A DNA stretch of 64,000 bases, from positions 1 to 64,000 of IMG/VR virus record IMGVR_UViG_3300031369_000002, one strand, 5' to 3'. A model generated the notes under the pieces. The model had not been told where the DNA came from and ran no database searches. It saw nothing but the letters and a program-made list of their open reading frames with translations. Shown piece after piece: positions 9,700 through 20,001 of this stretch (position 1 is the first letter of the stretch; every line of letters starts with the position of its first letter). Source of the DNA: a virus. Both the position numbers and the translations under genes were made by a program.

Positions 9700-10725
9700 T
9701 TAAGCCGATTCTTTTTGAATCAAAGCAGCTACACTAGCATTTTCGTCCTCATAATGGGCATCCCCTTCAAAAGAAAGAACAAAGTCAGTTCTTCTCGCCT
9801 TAGCTTCTCTTTCCCTCTCAACCATAACATCATGGAATACACCATATGCCATATTATCAGGATTAGTCAATAAAGCAAGTTTACCATTCATTAAACCATC
9901 ATCAGAAGCACCAGAAGTAGCAGCCCTTTCTAATGTTGGTACATATTTAACTTTAATACCCTTATAATATAATTGAGGCATTCCTACTTGAGCCGTATCA
10001 CCTAAAGCAGTACCTCTAGCTTTTAGTAAATTATGATAAGCGTTATGGACTTCCCAAGTTACCTCATACTCCCAATCTTGCACATTAACAAGATATTGTT
10101 TAGGTAAAGCAGCTAACATAGCGTCAAACATATTCTCAGGGTAAGAACTAGCAGCAGGATCAAAATCCTTACCAGCACCCGCACCATATATTTTATTACC
10201 AGCTAACTTAATCCATCCATCAGTCTGAGACAACACATCATCAGTACCATAAGCAACACTAGTATCACCAAGTAAACAATATTCTTCCAAGTCTCTACCA
10301 GCAGCTCCACCAAATAGGTCTAATAAAGTATCCTCAAACCCACCTCTTTCAATATTTCTTCTTAATGCATCATCCCTTAAAGATGTAATAGCTACAAGCT
10401 CTCTAGCTATTAACTGATTAGTAACAGGCGTAGGACTAACCCCATGAGTAGACGCATTTAATTCTACTACAGCACCGCCACCTTGAGCAGCAGCTCTACC
10501 AGCTTTTATAATTCTTCCAACAAAACCTGTTCTATCAATATCAGATTTTTGAGCATCCATTCTTATAAATCTAGCATTAGGTAAAACATTAACAGCATGT
10601 TCCATAGTTCTCACAAACCTATCGAATTTCTCAGGTTGTAAAATACTATCTCCAAAATCAGATATTTCAGTAATACCTTTAAAAGCTGCATCCAACTTTG
10701 CTAAAATTTCCATATTACTAGCCAT
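9700..10725 (-). CDS. Major capsid protein (HK97 fold, XkdG-like)
   Basis: ILQPEKFDRF, LRRNIER, GRDLEE...GD, DGWIK and LTNPDN motifs; follows the protease gene. Confidence 0.9.
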   Translation of the reverse strand: MASNMEILAKLDAAFKGITEISDFGDSILQPEKFDRFVRTMEHAVNVLPNARFIRMDAQKSDIDRTGFVGRIIKAGRAAAQGGGAVVELNASTHGVSPTPVTNQLIARELVAITSLRDDALRRNIERGGFEDTLLDLFGGAAGRDLEEYCLLGDTSVAYGTDDVLSQTDGWIKLAGNKIYGAGAGKDFDPAASSYPENMFDAMLAALPKQYLVNVQDWEYEVTWEVHNAYHNLLKARGTALGDTAQVGMPQLYYKGIKVKYVPTLERAATSGASDDGLMNGKLALLTNPDNMAYGVFHDVMVEREREAKARRTDFVLSFEGDAHYEDENASVAALIQKESA

Positions 10726-10758
10726 TTATTTCTCACTCCTTATATAAAATATTTAAAA

Positions 10759-12183
10759 TTAATTAGCTACTTTTTTACGTCTCCTACCAAAATGATCTCT
10801 ATAGTTTTTAATACTATACTCATCCTCAATAACCTTATTATTACCTTTCTCAGCCTCAACAAGTTTTAAGCCTTTAGAGCTAACAGTCTTTTTACCGTAA
10901 AGTTTTTCTAAAGAGTCAAGTCTTTCCATAATAGCCTCTTTAAAAGCTTTATCGTCATTATCATCCTTAGAATCAACATTAGAATCATCAGTAGGATCAG
11001 CTTGAGACTTCTTAACTTCCTTATCATCCTTAGAATCATCAGTAGAATCAACATCTTTAGACTTCTTAGCTTCCTCATTAATAGACTCAATTTGAGACTT
11101 AACAGAAGTTAAACTTTCCTCTATAGTAGCCACTCTTTCATTTAAAGGCTCTACAGCAGTCTTAACCGAATTAGCTATAGTCTCAGCTAAAACATCTAAA
11201 TCTATTTCCTTCTTTGCGTTACTCTTATCAGACATATCAATATCCTCCTCTTTCTTAGATTTCTTTAAAATGCCTATGGCATCCATAAACTTACTAACTT
11301 TTGCAAATAAAGAGTTCTCGTTATCTGCCTCAATTTCTTTTTTATCCTCAGCAGACTTATCTGCAGACTTAATAGAGAAAAATTTTGCTTTAGGAACAGC
11401 AGGATCATCCACAATTGATACATGAGTAGCCACCCAATCAGGCCCTAAATCTTGAAGTAAAGTTCTCTTATAAGCAATATCCTTATCTTTAGACTTAGCA
11501 GCACTTTCAAAAGCAGACTTTCTAACTCCCATAACTGAATAGCCCTTAAACGTGCCATCCTCAACACCATTCCAGGTCTCCTCAGAAAATTTAGAAGCTA
11601 ATACCCACGTACCTTTAGGTAGTAAAGTCTTTTCTCCATATATATCAACCTCCATAGGACTAGAGGTAATATAACTTTCCACAGGCACACCAACATTATT
11701 TAAAGTATGCATTAAATCAACATTTCTATATGATTCCATCCAACCATGTGCCACTTCCTCAATCTTTTCAGATGTTACAATCTCACCATCTGAATCAGGT
11801 TCCCCAGGAACCAACACAGCAGCATGAGCAATTCTTTTAACAGCATTTTTTATAACAATAGGACCACCTATTTCCACACCTTTAAAAGCTTTAGCCGCCG
11901 ATAAATTAATTTCTATGCCTGCTATTTTTGCCCTTTTTGCAACATACTGCTCCTCAACTTCTCTTAAGCTACTAAAAACAACTTGACTATCAGATATTAG
12001 ATAAGAAGCCTCATATAATTTCTCATTGCAGGTATTCATTAAGATAACAGCATCCGAAAAAGTATGTAAAACCCTACTATCAAAAGCATTATCAGGGTCA
12101 TCATAATTATCAAAATTTCTCCATGCCGCACGCTGAACCGTATTTAATAAAACTTCATAACTATCATTTTTATTTTTAGCCAA
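10759..12183 (-). CDS. Prohead protease (XkdF-like) with C-terminal scaffold region
   Basis: VLVPGEPDSDGE, DLMH, PVESY, PKGTW, GYSVMG and VSIVDDPA motifs; charged coiled-coil tail. TTG at 12183 has an AGGAGG RBS; the ORF-track start at 12288 overlaps the upstream gene. Confidence 0.85.
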   Translation of the reverse strand: MAKNKNDSYEVLLNTVQRAAWRNFDNYDDPDNAFDSRVLHTFSDAVILMNTCNEKLYEASYLISDSQVVFSSLREVEEQYVAKRAKIAGIEINLSAAKAFKGVEIGGPIVIKNAVKRIAHAAVLVPGEPDSDGEIVTSEKIEEVAHGWMESYRNVDLMHTLNNVGVPVESYITSSPMEVDIYGEKTLLPKGTWVLASKFSEETWNGVEDGTFKGYSVMGVRKSAFESAAKSKDKDIAYKRTLLQDLGPDWVATHVSIVDDPAVPKAKFFSIKSADKSAEDKKEIEADNENSLFAKVSKFMDAIGILKKSKKEEDIDMSDKSNAKKEIDLDVLAETIANSVKTAVEPLNERVATIEESLTSVKSQIESINEEAKKSKDVDSTDDSKDDKEVKKSQADPTDDSNVDSKDDNDDKAFKEAIMERLDSLEKLYGKKTVSSKGLKLVEAEKGNNKVIEDEYSIKNYRDHFGRRRKKVAN

Positions 12184-12214
12184 AGTCAATCCCTCCTTTC
12201 TATTTACTATCCTC

Positions 12215-13648
12215 TTAAACCATTGAAAAACTATAAGTATAATCCTCAGCCAATAAAGCACCATCATCACCCTTAACAGTAGCAGCACTAGGAATAGTAA
12301 CGGTAACCGTCTGACTATTTTCTCCTAAATTAGCTCCTAAAGTTATAGTAAGAATAGCCCCAGTAATATCAATATTTGTAGCATCATTCGTAAAGGTCTC
12401 AGGCACTCCACCATTAGTAACTATAATAGAATCAACTATATCACCCGCACCAGAATTATCTGCTATATCTCTATCAAAAGTAATAGCTATAGTATCGGTA
12501 TTACTTGTACCAGAACCAGCCACAGGACTGACAGAACTAACAGCCAAATTAGTATCCATAGTAAAGCTAAATTCTAAATCAGCCGCCATTACTCCACCCG
12601 TAGCAGTAGCCACAGTAGCAGCACTATTAACGGTAACCTCAACTAATTGGTCCTCACAATCAATCTGAGAAGCCATAGTAATTCTTAAAGTATCATTAGG
12701 AATAGTAGTCTGTTCTATAGAAGTGCTGGCAATAGTAGCAGCCACACCACCAACAAGAACACTAATACCATCCTTAATAGCAGCCGTACCAGAATTATCC
12801 GCAATAGCTACATCAAACACCACATCTATAGTAGTCCTTGCAGCTTGGTCATCAGCTTCATCAGTAGGTACCGTACTAGCTACAGTTAAATAAGTATATC
12901 CATTTGTAAATGTAAACTCATAATCATCAGCTAATAATTCATTATTAGAACCTTTAACAGTAGCCGCCGCAGGAATAGTCACAGTGACCTCATCCGCTTC
13001 GTCAAGAGTACCACTAAGAGTTAATCTTAATGTATCATTAGACACAGTAGTAGTAGCTAAAGCCGAACTAGCTATCGTAATAACCCCAGTACCTTGCTCC
13101 AAAGTAATATTAGTATGCATATCATCTTCACCAGAATTATCTGTTAAAGTTCTATCAAATACTATATCAATACTTGAAGCAGGTTGAGCAGACGAACCAC
13201 TAGGAGACGTTGATAACACAGCTAAATTAGTCGCTAAAGTCTTATCAAAAGTTGTGACAGCAGCCGACACAGTAGTATCATCATAACTAACACTAGTATA
13301 ACCTGTCTTAGAAATAACTACATCATATACCCCAGGGTATAAATTCATTGTAAAATATCCATCTGAATCCGATAAAACCGCACCCGCTACATTAGACGTA
13401 TCTTTCACGTAAGCTGTGACTAAAGCCCCTGCCAAAGCAGCAGCATCCTCATCAACTATATCCCCTGCTAAAACATATTTTGTCTCATTATTACCTCTGA
13501 ATGTTCTAGCAGCTTTATTAACAGAAGCAGCAGTATATAGAGTTTCCATATCAGCAGCCGCAGCATTTAACAAATCTTGTATTTGTGCTATTTTAGAACC
13601 GCCTTCGCCTTTACCAATCTCATTAGGTAAAATCTTATAATAACCCAT
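12215..13648 (-). CDS. Ig-like repeat virion decoration protein (carboxypeptidase-regulatory-like domain plus three SbsA/Big_5-like repeats)
   Basis: Three repeats starting NLAV..(T/V)SP...I.I.FD and ending L..DY.F(S/T)F; acidic and Thr/Ser-rich. Confidence 0.7.
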   Translation of the reverse strand: MGYYKILPNEIGKGEGGSKIAQIQDLLNAAAADMETLYTAASVNKAARTFRGNNETKYVLAGDIVDEDAAALAGALVTAYVKDTSNVAGAVLSDSDGYFTMNLYPGVYDVVISKTGYTSVSYDDTTVSAAVTTFDKTLATNLAVLSTSPSGSSAQPASSIDIVFDRTLTDNSGEDDMHTNITLEQGTGVITIASSALATTTVSNDTLRLTLSGTLDEADEVTVTIPAAATVKGSNNELLADDYEFTFTNGYTYLTVASTVPTDEADDQAARTTIDVVFDVAIADNSGTAAIKDGISVLVGGVAATIASTSIEQTTIPNDTLRITMASQIDCEDQLVEVTVNSAATVATATGGVMAADLEFSFTMDTNLAVSSVSPVAGSGTSNTDTIAITFDRDIADNSGAGDIVDSIIVTNGGVPETFTNDATNIDITGAILTITLGANLGENSQTVTVTIPSAATVKGDDGALLAEDYTYSFSMV

Positions 13649-13674
13649 TTAATTTCCTCCTTTATTTAAAAATT

Positions 13675-14544
13675 TTAAACTACACTTATCAAATCCCCCT
13701 CATAAAAATAAGGAGCAGTTGGAGCCGCAGACCCTAAAGGCATTAAATAAGGAACAGTAAAACAACGACAATTTATCCATTCACTTATTGGAGCATTTCT
13801 ATCCCCAGGAAATTGCAACCCATTTGAAAAAGGTTCACCCACTCTAACAATCTGACCATGTAAAGCAATATGATTAGCTCTATCATACCGCCCTAAACCT
13901 CTAACTCTATTATCCAGAGCAGTCATCCACATATGGTACACAACACCCAACTCTAAATCTGACATATAAGAGGATAGATTTTGTGACCCTTGTATTTCAG
14001 TCCTAGCAATTCTTTCAAGTTCCCACCCTCGCATATCTTCAAAAACACTTTCTAATCTACGAGTAGTGTCATAAATACCTAACCCTTTACTATAGCTATC
14101 TGCTAATACTTCCATAACATCCCCAGTCATCCGTCTAATTGTAGACTGAGAAGCTACAAAAACTTGATTTCTTAACAAATCTACAGTAGTAGAGGGTAAA
14201 GTAGACCTAGCTAATTGCCTACCTTGTAATCTTAAATCATTAATAAGCTTTATTCTAGCAGCTTGAGCCGCAGGTTCTACCTCATCAAAAACAACACTAG
14301 CCATATCATCAATAGAACCCCTTAAGTCAGATAATATACTACTACGAGACACATCATCTGAAGGAACACGCCCCAACCTTGATAAATTCCTTAAAACATT
14401 GTTAAAAACTCCACCAAAAAAACTTTTTAATCTATTAATTAAATTAGTCTCAGCATTATTTTTAGCCTTCATTACCTTCAGATAATGGAGAGTTCTCTCC
14501 ACTTCCACCATTGCCTTGAGAGCTATTAAGGGTCGATTCTCCAT
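13675..14544 (-). CDS. Head morphogenesis protein (Mu F / SPP1 gp7 family)
   Basis: ERIARTE, W.TA.D.RVR...H, FPGD and INCRC motifs. Confidence 0.9.
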   Translation of the reverse strand: MENRPLIALKAMVEVERTLHYLKVMKAKNNAETNLINRLKSFFGGVFNNVLRNLSRLGRVPSDDVSRSSILSDLRGSIDDMASVVFDEVEPAAQAARIKLINDLRLQGRQLARSTLPSTTVDLLRNQVFVASQSTIRRMTGDVMEVLADSYSKGLGIYDTTRRLESVFEDMRGWELERIARTEIQGSQNLSSYMSDLELGVVYHMWMTALDNRVRGLGRYDRANHIALHGQIVRVGEPFSNGLQFPGDRNAPISEWINCRCFTVPYLMPLGSAAPTAPYFYEGDLISVV

Positions 14545-16063
14545 CTATCTCACCTTCCATATCCTCAGCAGGATCATCACCAACAACTACCCCAGCTAAT
14601 CTATCATTTAAACCATTAAGTATCTCTTTAACTTCATCAGAAGACGTATTATCTCCGTCAATAGCTTTACCTTTAATATAATGCAAGTTCATAGCCTCAT
14701 GATCTGATTCCTTAAGACCAAATCTTCCACCAAAATTTTTAATAAGTTCATTTGGTGTCATAGCTGCATTTTCAAATAATTTAACAGCCATAGTAATATC
14801 AGTATCCTCATCCTCAGCATCTATAGCAGCTATTTTAAATTCCAGGTCATAAGCTCCAAACATACCCCAAAGGATATCTTTATTGAAAAAATCCTCAATA
14901 ATAGCCTGTCTAGGTTCTATTACAGAAGTCTTATATACCTTTGTAGCTTCCTCAGCAACATTACTTCCTAAGGTACCTGTCTCAACAATACCTAATCTAT
15001 AAGGAGGTACCCCATGAGCGGCTAATATTTCATCTCTATTATCTTGTCTATATAATCTAAAGGAGGACTCTTTTATTTCCACTGATAAAGGGTGAAATTT
15101 GATTTGAACATCTCCCCCGCCATCATCAGAAACAGAGGGAATAGATAAAATCAACACTGAATTTGGATTCTTAGAAGCCTCATCAAAATGAGCCTCTATT
15201 TCCCATTCCAAAGGAGTCTTACCCAGCTCATCAGGATTACCATTTTTATCGACAGGCTCACCAGGATCGAAGTCACCAGTTATATAAACAGCATATGCAG
15301 GAACCCCATAATTATCAAAGAAAGAAATATTATAATCTCGCCTTGAAATATCACCCTGTACAGCTCCCATAGCAGGAACTATATCAGGAACTCCATAATA
15401 AGTACATCTAGGTGAATAATTTTCCCAAAATATAATCTCCGTAGCTCTATCCTCTGGCTTTAAAGAACCTAAAGGATATTCCTTACCAGTCTTACAATCT
15501 ATATCCATAGGATAATTAATTTTTTTAAACCAAACATGTTCAGCTCCAACACGTTGCATATATTTATTACCAGTAATATGGACCCTAAAGTTTATAGCAG
15601 GTAAATGATAAATCTTAGCCAATTCCCCATCAGCTTTATGACTCTCACGCACTATCTCCAAAACACCATAACCTATAGCCTCCCAATCTACACAAGCTCT
15701 ATATAAACTTTTCGACAAGGATTCATCCATATCCTTTAAAATATTTTCTATATTATCTTTCATAGCAGAGGTGTCAGTACCCTCAGTGTCTTTTAATTGC
15801 CAACCTAAGCCAGCAGTATCCTTAGCTTTAGTCTGACAACACCGCATATGATACACGTTTAATTCTAATAAATATGATAAAGATAAGGGATTATATAAAG
15901 GTTCACTTAATTGATAAGAGCTATAAGCATTTAAAAACACATCAGATAATATCTGTTTGCTCTCAGCTTCTTTACCTTTACCAGTAAATAAATTTAACTG
16001 TCTTTCACTAAAAGTCTTACCACCTTTAGAAACATAACAAAAAGGCTTTTTAACTTTCTTCAT
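14462..16063 (-). CDS. Portal protein (PBSX-like)
   Basis: YYGVPD, FFDN..VP, RDEILAAHGVPP..LG and MTPNE motifs; follows terminase. Confidence 0.9.
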   Translation of the reverse strand: MKKVKKPFCYVSKGGKTFSERQLNLFTGKGKEAESKQILSDVFLNAYSSYQLSEPLYNPLSLSYLLELNVYHMRCCQTKAKDTAGLGWQLKDTEGTDTSAMKDNIENILKDMDESLSKSLYRACVDWEAIGYGVLEIVRESHKADGELAKIYHLPAINFRVHITGNKYMQRVGAEHVWFKKINYPMDIDCKTGKEYPLGSLKPEDRATEIIFWENYSPRCTYYGVPDIVPAMGAVQGDISRRDYNISFFDNYGVPAYAVYITGDFDPGEPVDKNGNPDELGKTPLEWEIEAHFDEASKNPNSVLILSIPSVSDDGGGDVQIKFHPLSVEIKESSFRLYRQDNRDEILAAHGVPPYRLGIVETGTLGSNVAEEATKVYKTSVIEPRQAIIEDFFNKDILWGMFGAYDLEFKIAAIDAEDEDTDITMAVKLFENAAMTPNELIKNFGGRFGLKESDHEAMNLHYIKGKAIDGDNTSSDEVKEILNGLNDRLAGVVVGDDPAEDMEGEIDGESTLNSSQGNGGSGENSPLSEGNEG

Positions 16064-16066
16064 TTT

Positions 16067-17581
16067 TTACCTCCTTCCCCTAACTCTAACTTTAGCTTTC
16101 TTATTTCTTTTCTCAGGAACTACATTACCAAAAGCTAACAACCATGCATCTCCTCTATCAGGAGACTTACCCAATCGATCAGCTTTCCTTAAATCTTCCT
16201 TTGATTCAATTTTTATTTGCCCCTTAGAAGTCATACTATACTCAGGAGCCGACAATTCTTTTAATCCTTCCGAGGAAATATTCTTAGTAGATATTTCTCT
16301 CTTTTGTACTCGTTCTCTAAATTGCCACCATAAATTGTCTCTTAAAGTTACAAATCTTAATCTATCCTTTTTTAACTCTTTAGTTTTTAAATCCTTACTA
16401 GCCATAGCTACATTAACACCAATAATCTCAATATGTTGAGGAAATTCTCCCTCCTCTTGTAGCTCCAACAATCTATCCACAGGACCTGCACCTAAACCAA
16501 TAACATCTAACTTAATTTTACTTACCCTATGAGGACCTAAAAAAGATATCTCCTCTCTTATAGCCCCTACTACAGCCATAGTAGATTTATGATATAACAC
16601 TCTCTCATATAAGGGCTGTCTACCAGCTCTAAAAGCTAATACAGACTCATCCGTTCCATATCTTGCTATATCAACCCCAACCTCAATCTCTGAATAATTC
16701 TCATCTTGAGCAAAATATAAATCTCTACACTCATCTAAATCAGCTATAGGAATAACCTTATCAGTTTGATCACTACTAGGAAAATCAGCATCTATTTTAA
16801 TTTTTACTAAAACGGACTCTGATCCCCAGGTCTGAAATCTTTCAGCTACCCATTGAGGAGTAACTAAATAAGGTCTGGGCATCTTCTTATCTCCAACTTT
16901 TTCTTGCCAGGCCCCAGTTAAAATATCCTCTCTAGTTATACCAAAATAAACAAAATTAGGTGTATCAAAAGCTGATATTTTAAATTTAGCATATAAATCA
17001 TCTGTAAAAGATTCTCTAAATCTTCCCTCAGCTCTAGTTGGATTTCCTACAAGTAACATATGAGCATTACCAGAAGACATTAATCCCTCTAAAGCGTCAA
17101 ATATAGGGTCGGGAACTCCACTAGCTTCATCAACAATAATTAAAATATTATCAGAATGATATCCCGTAACCCTCTCTATATTAAACTCAGAAGTAGCAAA
17201 CCCTTCGGCATACCACCCAGGCTTTAATTCTAATCTAGTTTTTAAAGGGTCTCCCCCTAAAGGCCTAATCTTACTGCCTCTTCCATGAGCTTCTCTTATC
17301 TCTGACCATAATAAAGAATAAACTTGTCTCCCAGTAGGAGCCGTAGTTATAACTTTAGAAGGTTTATGCGTATATAAGAACCATAACACAGTATTTCCAG
17401 ATAAAAAAGTTTTACCAGGACCATGACAGGCCCTAACAGTAGTATATCTTTTGTCTTTAACAGAATTTATTATATCAATTTGTTTCTGCCACAACTCAGC
17501 CCCAAGCATATTCTTAATAAACCAATCAGGCTTTTCCTTACTTTTACTCAACAACCGCAAGGCGTTATCTTTACTAATCAT
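16067..17581 (-). CDS. terL: Terminase large subunit
   Basis: Walker A ACHGPGKT, Walker B IIVDEASG, GNP, nuclease GVDIA and SPDRGDA motifs. Confidence 0.95.
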   Translation of the reverse strand: MISKDNALRLLSKSKEKPDWFIKNMLGAELWQKQIDIINSVKDKRYTTVRACHGPGKTFLSGNTVLWFLYTHKPSKVITTAPTGRQVYSLLWSEIREAHGRGSKIRPLGGDPLKTRLELKPGWYAEGFATSEFNIERVTGYHSDNILIIVDEASGVPDPIFDALEGLMSSGNAHMLLVGNPTRAEGRFRESFTDDLYAKFKISAFDTPNFVYFGITREDILTGAWQEKVGDKKMPRPYLVTPQWVAERFQTWGSESVLVKIKIDADFPSSDQTDKVIPIADLDECRDLYFAQDENYSEIEVGVDIARYGTDESVLAFRAGRQPLYERVLYHKSTMAVVGAIREEISFLGPHRVSKIKLDVIGLGAGPVDRLLELQEEGEFPQHIEIIGVNVAMASKDLKTKELKKDRLRFVTLRDNLWWQFRERVQKREISTKNISSEGLKELSAPEYSMTSKGQIKIESKEDLRKADRLGKSPDRGDAWLLAFGNVVPEKRNKKAKVRVRGRR

Positions 17582-18071
17582 CCTCTATCACATCAAATAA
17601 ATCTAACCAAGTCTCAGTATTAGATTGAGCAGCACTAGTATTTTCACCTAAAGCAAGCCTACCTATTTTTTGAAATTTATCAGCACACCTCGCCAAAGCC
17701 TCTAAACTATCTAAGGATATATTCTTTCCAGTTTCATTATATTTAAATTTAGCTTGTCTAAAATAATTCTCAACATGTTCTAATCCATCCTTAGCCACAC
17801 TTAAAACCCTAAAATCAAAATTCGCCGCCTCATCAGCTAAAGACTCAATGCGTTTTTCTCTCTTACGTTTTTCTACATTATCTAAGTATAAATTTTTCTC
17901 AGTTTTCCAGTTATCATCTTTTATTCTTACACTTAAAGCCTGAGGAGAAATCCCAAACCTTTTGGCTAAATCTACATTAGAGCTATAAATTATATTTCCT
18001 TCCTTGTCAAGCTCACCCATAATATATAAATCTTTTAATTCAATCCAATTAACACCATTATTAGCAGGCAT
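17574..18071 (-). CDS. Terminase small subunit
   Basis: NWIELKDLYI plus HTH (DLAKRFGIS), overlapping the terL start. Confidence 0.75.
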   Translation of the reverse strand: MPANNGVNWIELKDLYIMGELDKEGNIIYSSNVDLAKRFGISPQALSVRIKDDNWKTEKNLYLDNVEKRKREKRIESLADEAANFDFRVLSVAKDGLEHVENYFRQAKFKYNETGKNISLDSLEALARCADKFQKIGRLALGENTSAAQSNTETWLDLFDVIEDD

Positions 18072-18097
18072 TTAAGACACCTCCCTTTTATAGCTCA

Positions 18098-18126
18098 AGT
18101 TTAGCATACCACTTAATCAAAGTCAA
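18098..18126 (-). promoter_or_regulatory. Promoter of packaging/head operon, TTGACT-N17-TAAACT with extended TG
   Basis: agtcaa at 18121-18126, agttta at 18098-18103. Confidence 0.6.
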
Positions 18127-18134
18127 GGTACATA

Positions 18135-18230
18135 ACAATAGAGAGTACTATTAAAGCACTCTCTATTTTGAGTAGAAGTTGTCTTATCAGATTTATATAT
18201 ACACTATTGTAGTGAGCTTAGCAGTTATCT
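18135..18230 (-). ncRNA. Candidate small RNA (ORF-less promoter-terminator unit)
   Basis: TTGACA (18259-64)-N17-TACGCT, then hairpin ATAGAGAGTGCT/AGTACTCTCTAT at 18137-18167. Confidence 0.4.
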
Positions 18231-18260
18231 TCTACAGCGTAGCATAATTTACAAAAACTG

Positions 18261-18605
18261 TCAAGCTCCTGAAGGTATTTGATAAGCCATTACATAACTC
18301 CCAGCCGTACAAGTTACCTCCGTAAACCTACCTGCTAACATCTGACCTTTATTTAATACTTGTGAAGCTACAGAACTATTACCAGTCACCGTAATATTAG
18401 AATCCTCAACAGCATACACCACACAAAACTTATACCCACTATCAGGAGTTATATTACTTGCAGGATTCACCAATCTTTTAAAACCATAATACCCAGACAT
18501 AGCTCTTTCAATAATCAACTTATTATAGTCAATAATATTTAAGACTCTAATATCTTTTAAATCTTCCTCACTCAAACTAATAACACTGTTATCAAAATTA
18601 AGCAT
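18261..18605 (-). CDS. Hypothetical protein, possibly virion decoration
   Basis: 114 aa, GGAGG RBS, beta-rich C-terminus. Confidence 0.5.
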   Translation of the reverse strand: MLNFDNSVISLSEEDLKDIRVLNIIDYNKLIIERAMSGYYGFKRLVNPASNITPDSGYKFCVVYAVEDSNITVTGNSSVASQVLNKGQMLAGRFTEVTCTAGSYVMAYQIPSGA

Positions 18606-19463
18606 TTAAACACCTCCATTTTTTAAATCTGTATACTTACTATAAACATCCGCATTAAAAACATAAACACTTTTTATATGACCATTAAAATAAGTAGAGT
18701 GACTAGTAGGGTTTTTCCTGGCTCCTATAGACACATTACTAACGTTAACCAGAGTAGCATCAAACAAAGCACTTGATTCACTGCCATTAGCATTTAATTT
18801 TAAACCATCAGCTACAAGAGTATCCCAGAAAATCATATCTTGACTAGGCTCCCCATTAGCAGCAATAAGCCTCTCATTCCCATGCCACCAAGCACTAACA
18901 CTAGTACCATCATTTAAAATAGAATATTGTGCATCATCAGAACCAACACCATTTTTACAAAATACAAAGCCTACATGAGAGCTGACCCTTTTATAATTTG
19001 CATATAAAACTAATTTAGGAGCTATTATATCTAAAGCTGAATAATTATCTATCACTAATACATCATCAGTACCATCATATAATAAACCCTCAGTAACAAC
19101 AGCACCAGCATTCACAATTTTAGGCATATAATTAAAATCCTCTTGATAAGCGTATTTACTGTTATCATTTTGCAAATAAACCCTTTTAATAAATGTGTCT
19201 ACTCCACCACACCAGGATAAAATAGAAGCCGTATCTAATACCCCATTCTTAAAAGTAAATTCTTCCTCAGCTAAATCCCCTGACCTTACACACCTAATAA
19301 TAGGTCCTGTAAAACTACTTATAACCTGAGTATAAGGATTAAAAATTAATATAGCATTCTCACTAATACCTAAAACATCAAATAATAAAGGTATCACTGC
19401 ATTTTCAAGTAAAGTATAAGTTGAACTAAAACCTAAACCAAAGCCTAAACGTCTCACACTCAA
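18606..19463 (-). CDS. LamG/concanavalin-like (arabinofuranosidase-B-like fold) protein, probably virion-associated
   Basis: N-terminal LGFGLG, IRCVRSGD, YDGTDD and SIGA...YFNGHIK motifs. Confidence 0.55.
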   Translation of the reverse strand: MSVRRLGFGLGFSSTYTLLENAVIPLLFDVLGISENAILIFNPYTQVISSFTGPIIRCVRSGDLAEEEFTFKNGVLDTASILSWCGGVDTFIKRVYLQNDNSKYAYQEDFNYMPKIVNAGAVVTEGLLYDGTDDVLVIDNYSALDIIAPKLVLYANYKRVSSHVGFVFCKNGVGSDDAQYSILNDGTSVSAWWHGNERLIAANGEPSQDMIFWDTLVADGLKLNANGSESSALFDATLVNVSNVSIGARKNPTSHSTYFNGHIKSVYVFNADVYSKYTDLKNGGV

Positions 19464-19512
19464 ATCACCACCTAACTATATTGTATAGTATATCATAAAA
19501 AGACAAAAAAAT

Positions 19513-19539
19513 AGGATTAGGGGACACAACCCTAATCCT
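19513..19539 (-). terminator. Intrinsic terminator
   Basis: AGGATTAGGG/CCCTAATCCT stem followed by a T-tract. Confidence 0.75.
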
Positions 19540-19653
19540 TATCAAAACCAACCATTACCCACTCTCTTTTATCTATCTCACATCTCTTTACTTTAGCTTC
19601 ATATTCACCAGCACTAAGTTCCTCCCTAGTAAATATGTTTCGATAAAACATAA

Positions 19654-19893
19654 TCACACCACCTTATTTAAAAATCTTTTATCCTCAGTACATCTAAACC
19701 CTAAAAACTTCTCTAAAAGATAAATACTTTCAGCATTTTCACGAGAAATATGATCAGCTATAGCATATAAAAACCAAAACATTTCTCTAAACTCCTGAAA
19801 ATCCTCCATATCCATAACCGCATAAGGACATATACCACAATCCTCATTAATACGATTAATTTTTTTATAAGCAATTACACCTAGCTTAGCCAC
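19654..19893 (-). CDS. Hypothetical protein
   Basis: 79 aa ORF with strong GGAGG RBS. Confidence 0.55.
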   Translation of the reverse strand: MAKLGVIAYKKINRINEDCGICPYAVMDMEDFQEFREMFWFLYAIADHISRENAESIYLLEKFLGFRCTEDKRFLNKVV

Positions 19894-20001
19894 TTAATCC
19901 TCCTCCTCTTCATCCTGAACACAGCCATTAAAATATGTACATTCTACCTGTTGAGTAGCTACGTTAATACGACCCCAAGGACATGATCTGCAATTTCTCA
20001 T
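19894..20001 (-). CDS. Micro Cys-rich protein (35 aa)
   Basis: Not in track; MRNCRSCPWG...ECTYFNGC; coupled to the upstream stop codon. Confidence 0.5.
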   Translation of the reverse strand: MRNCRSCPWGRINVATQQVECTYFNGCVQDEEEED

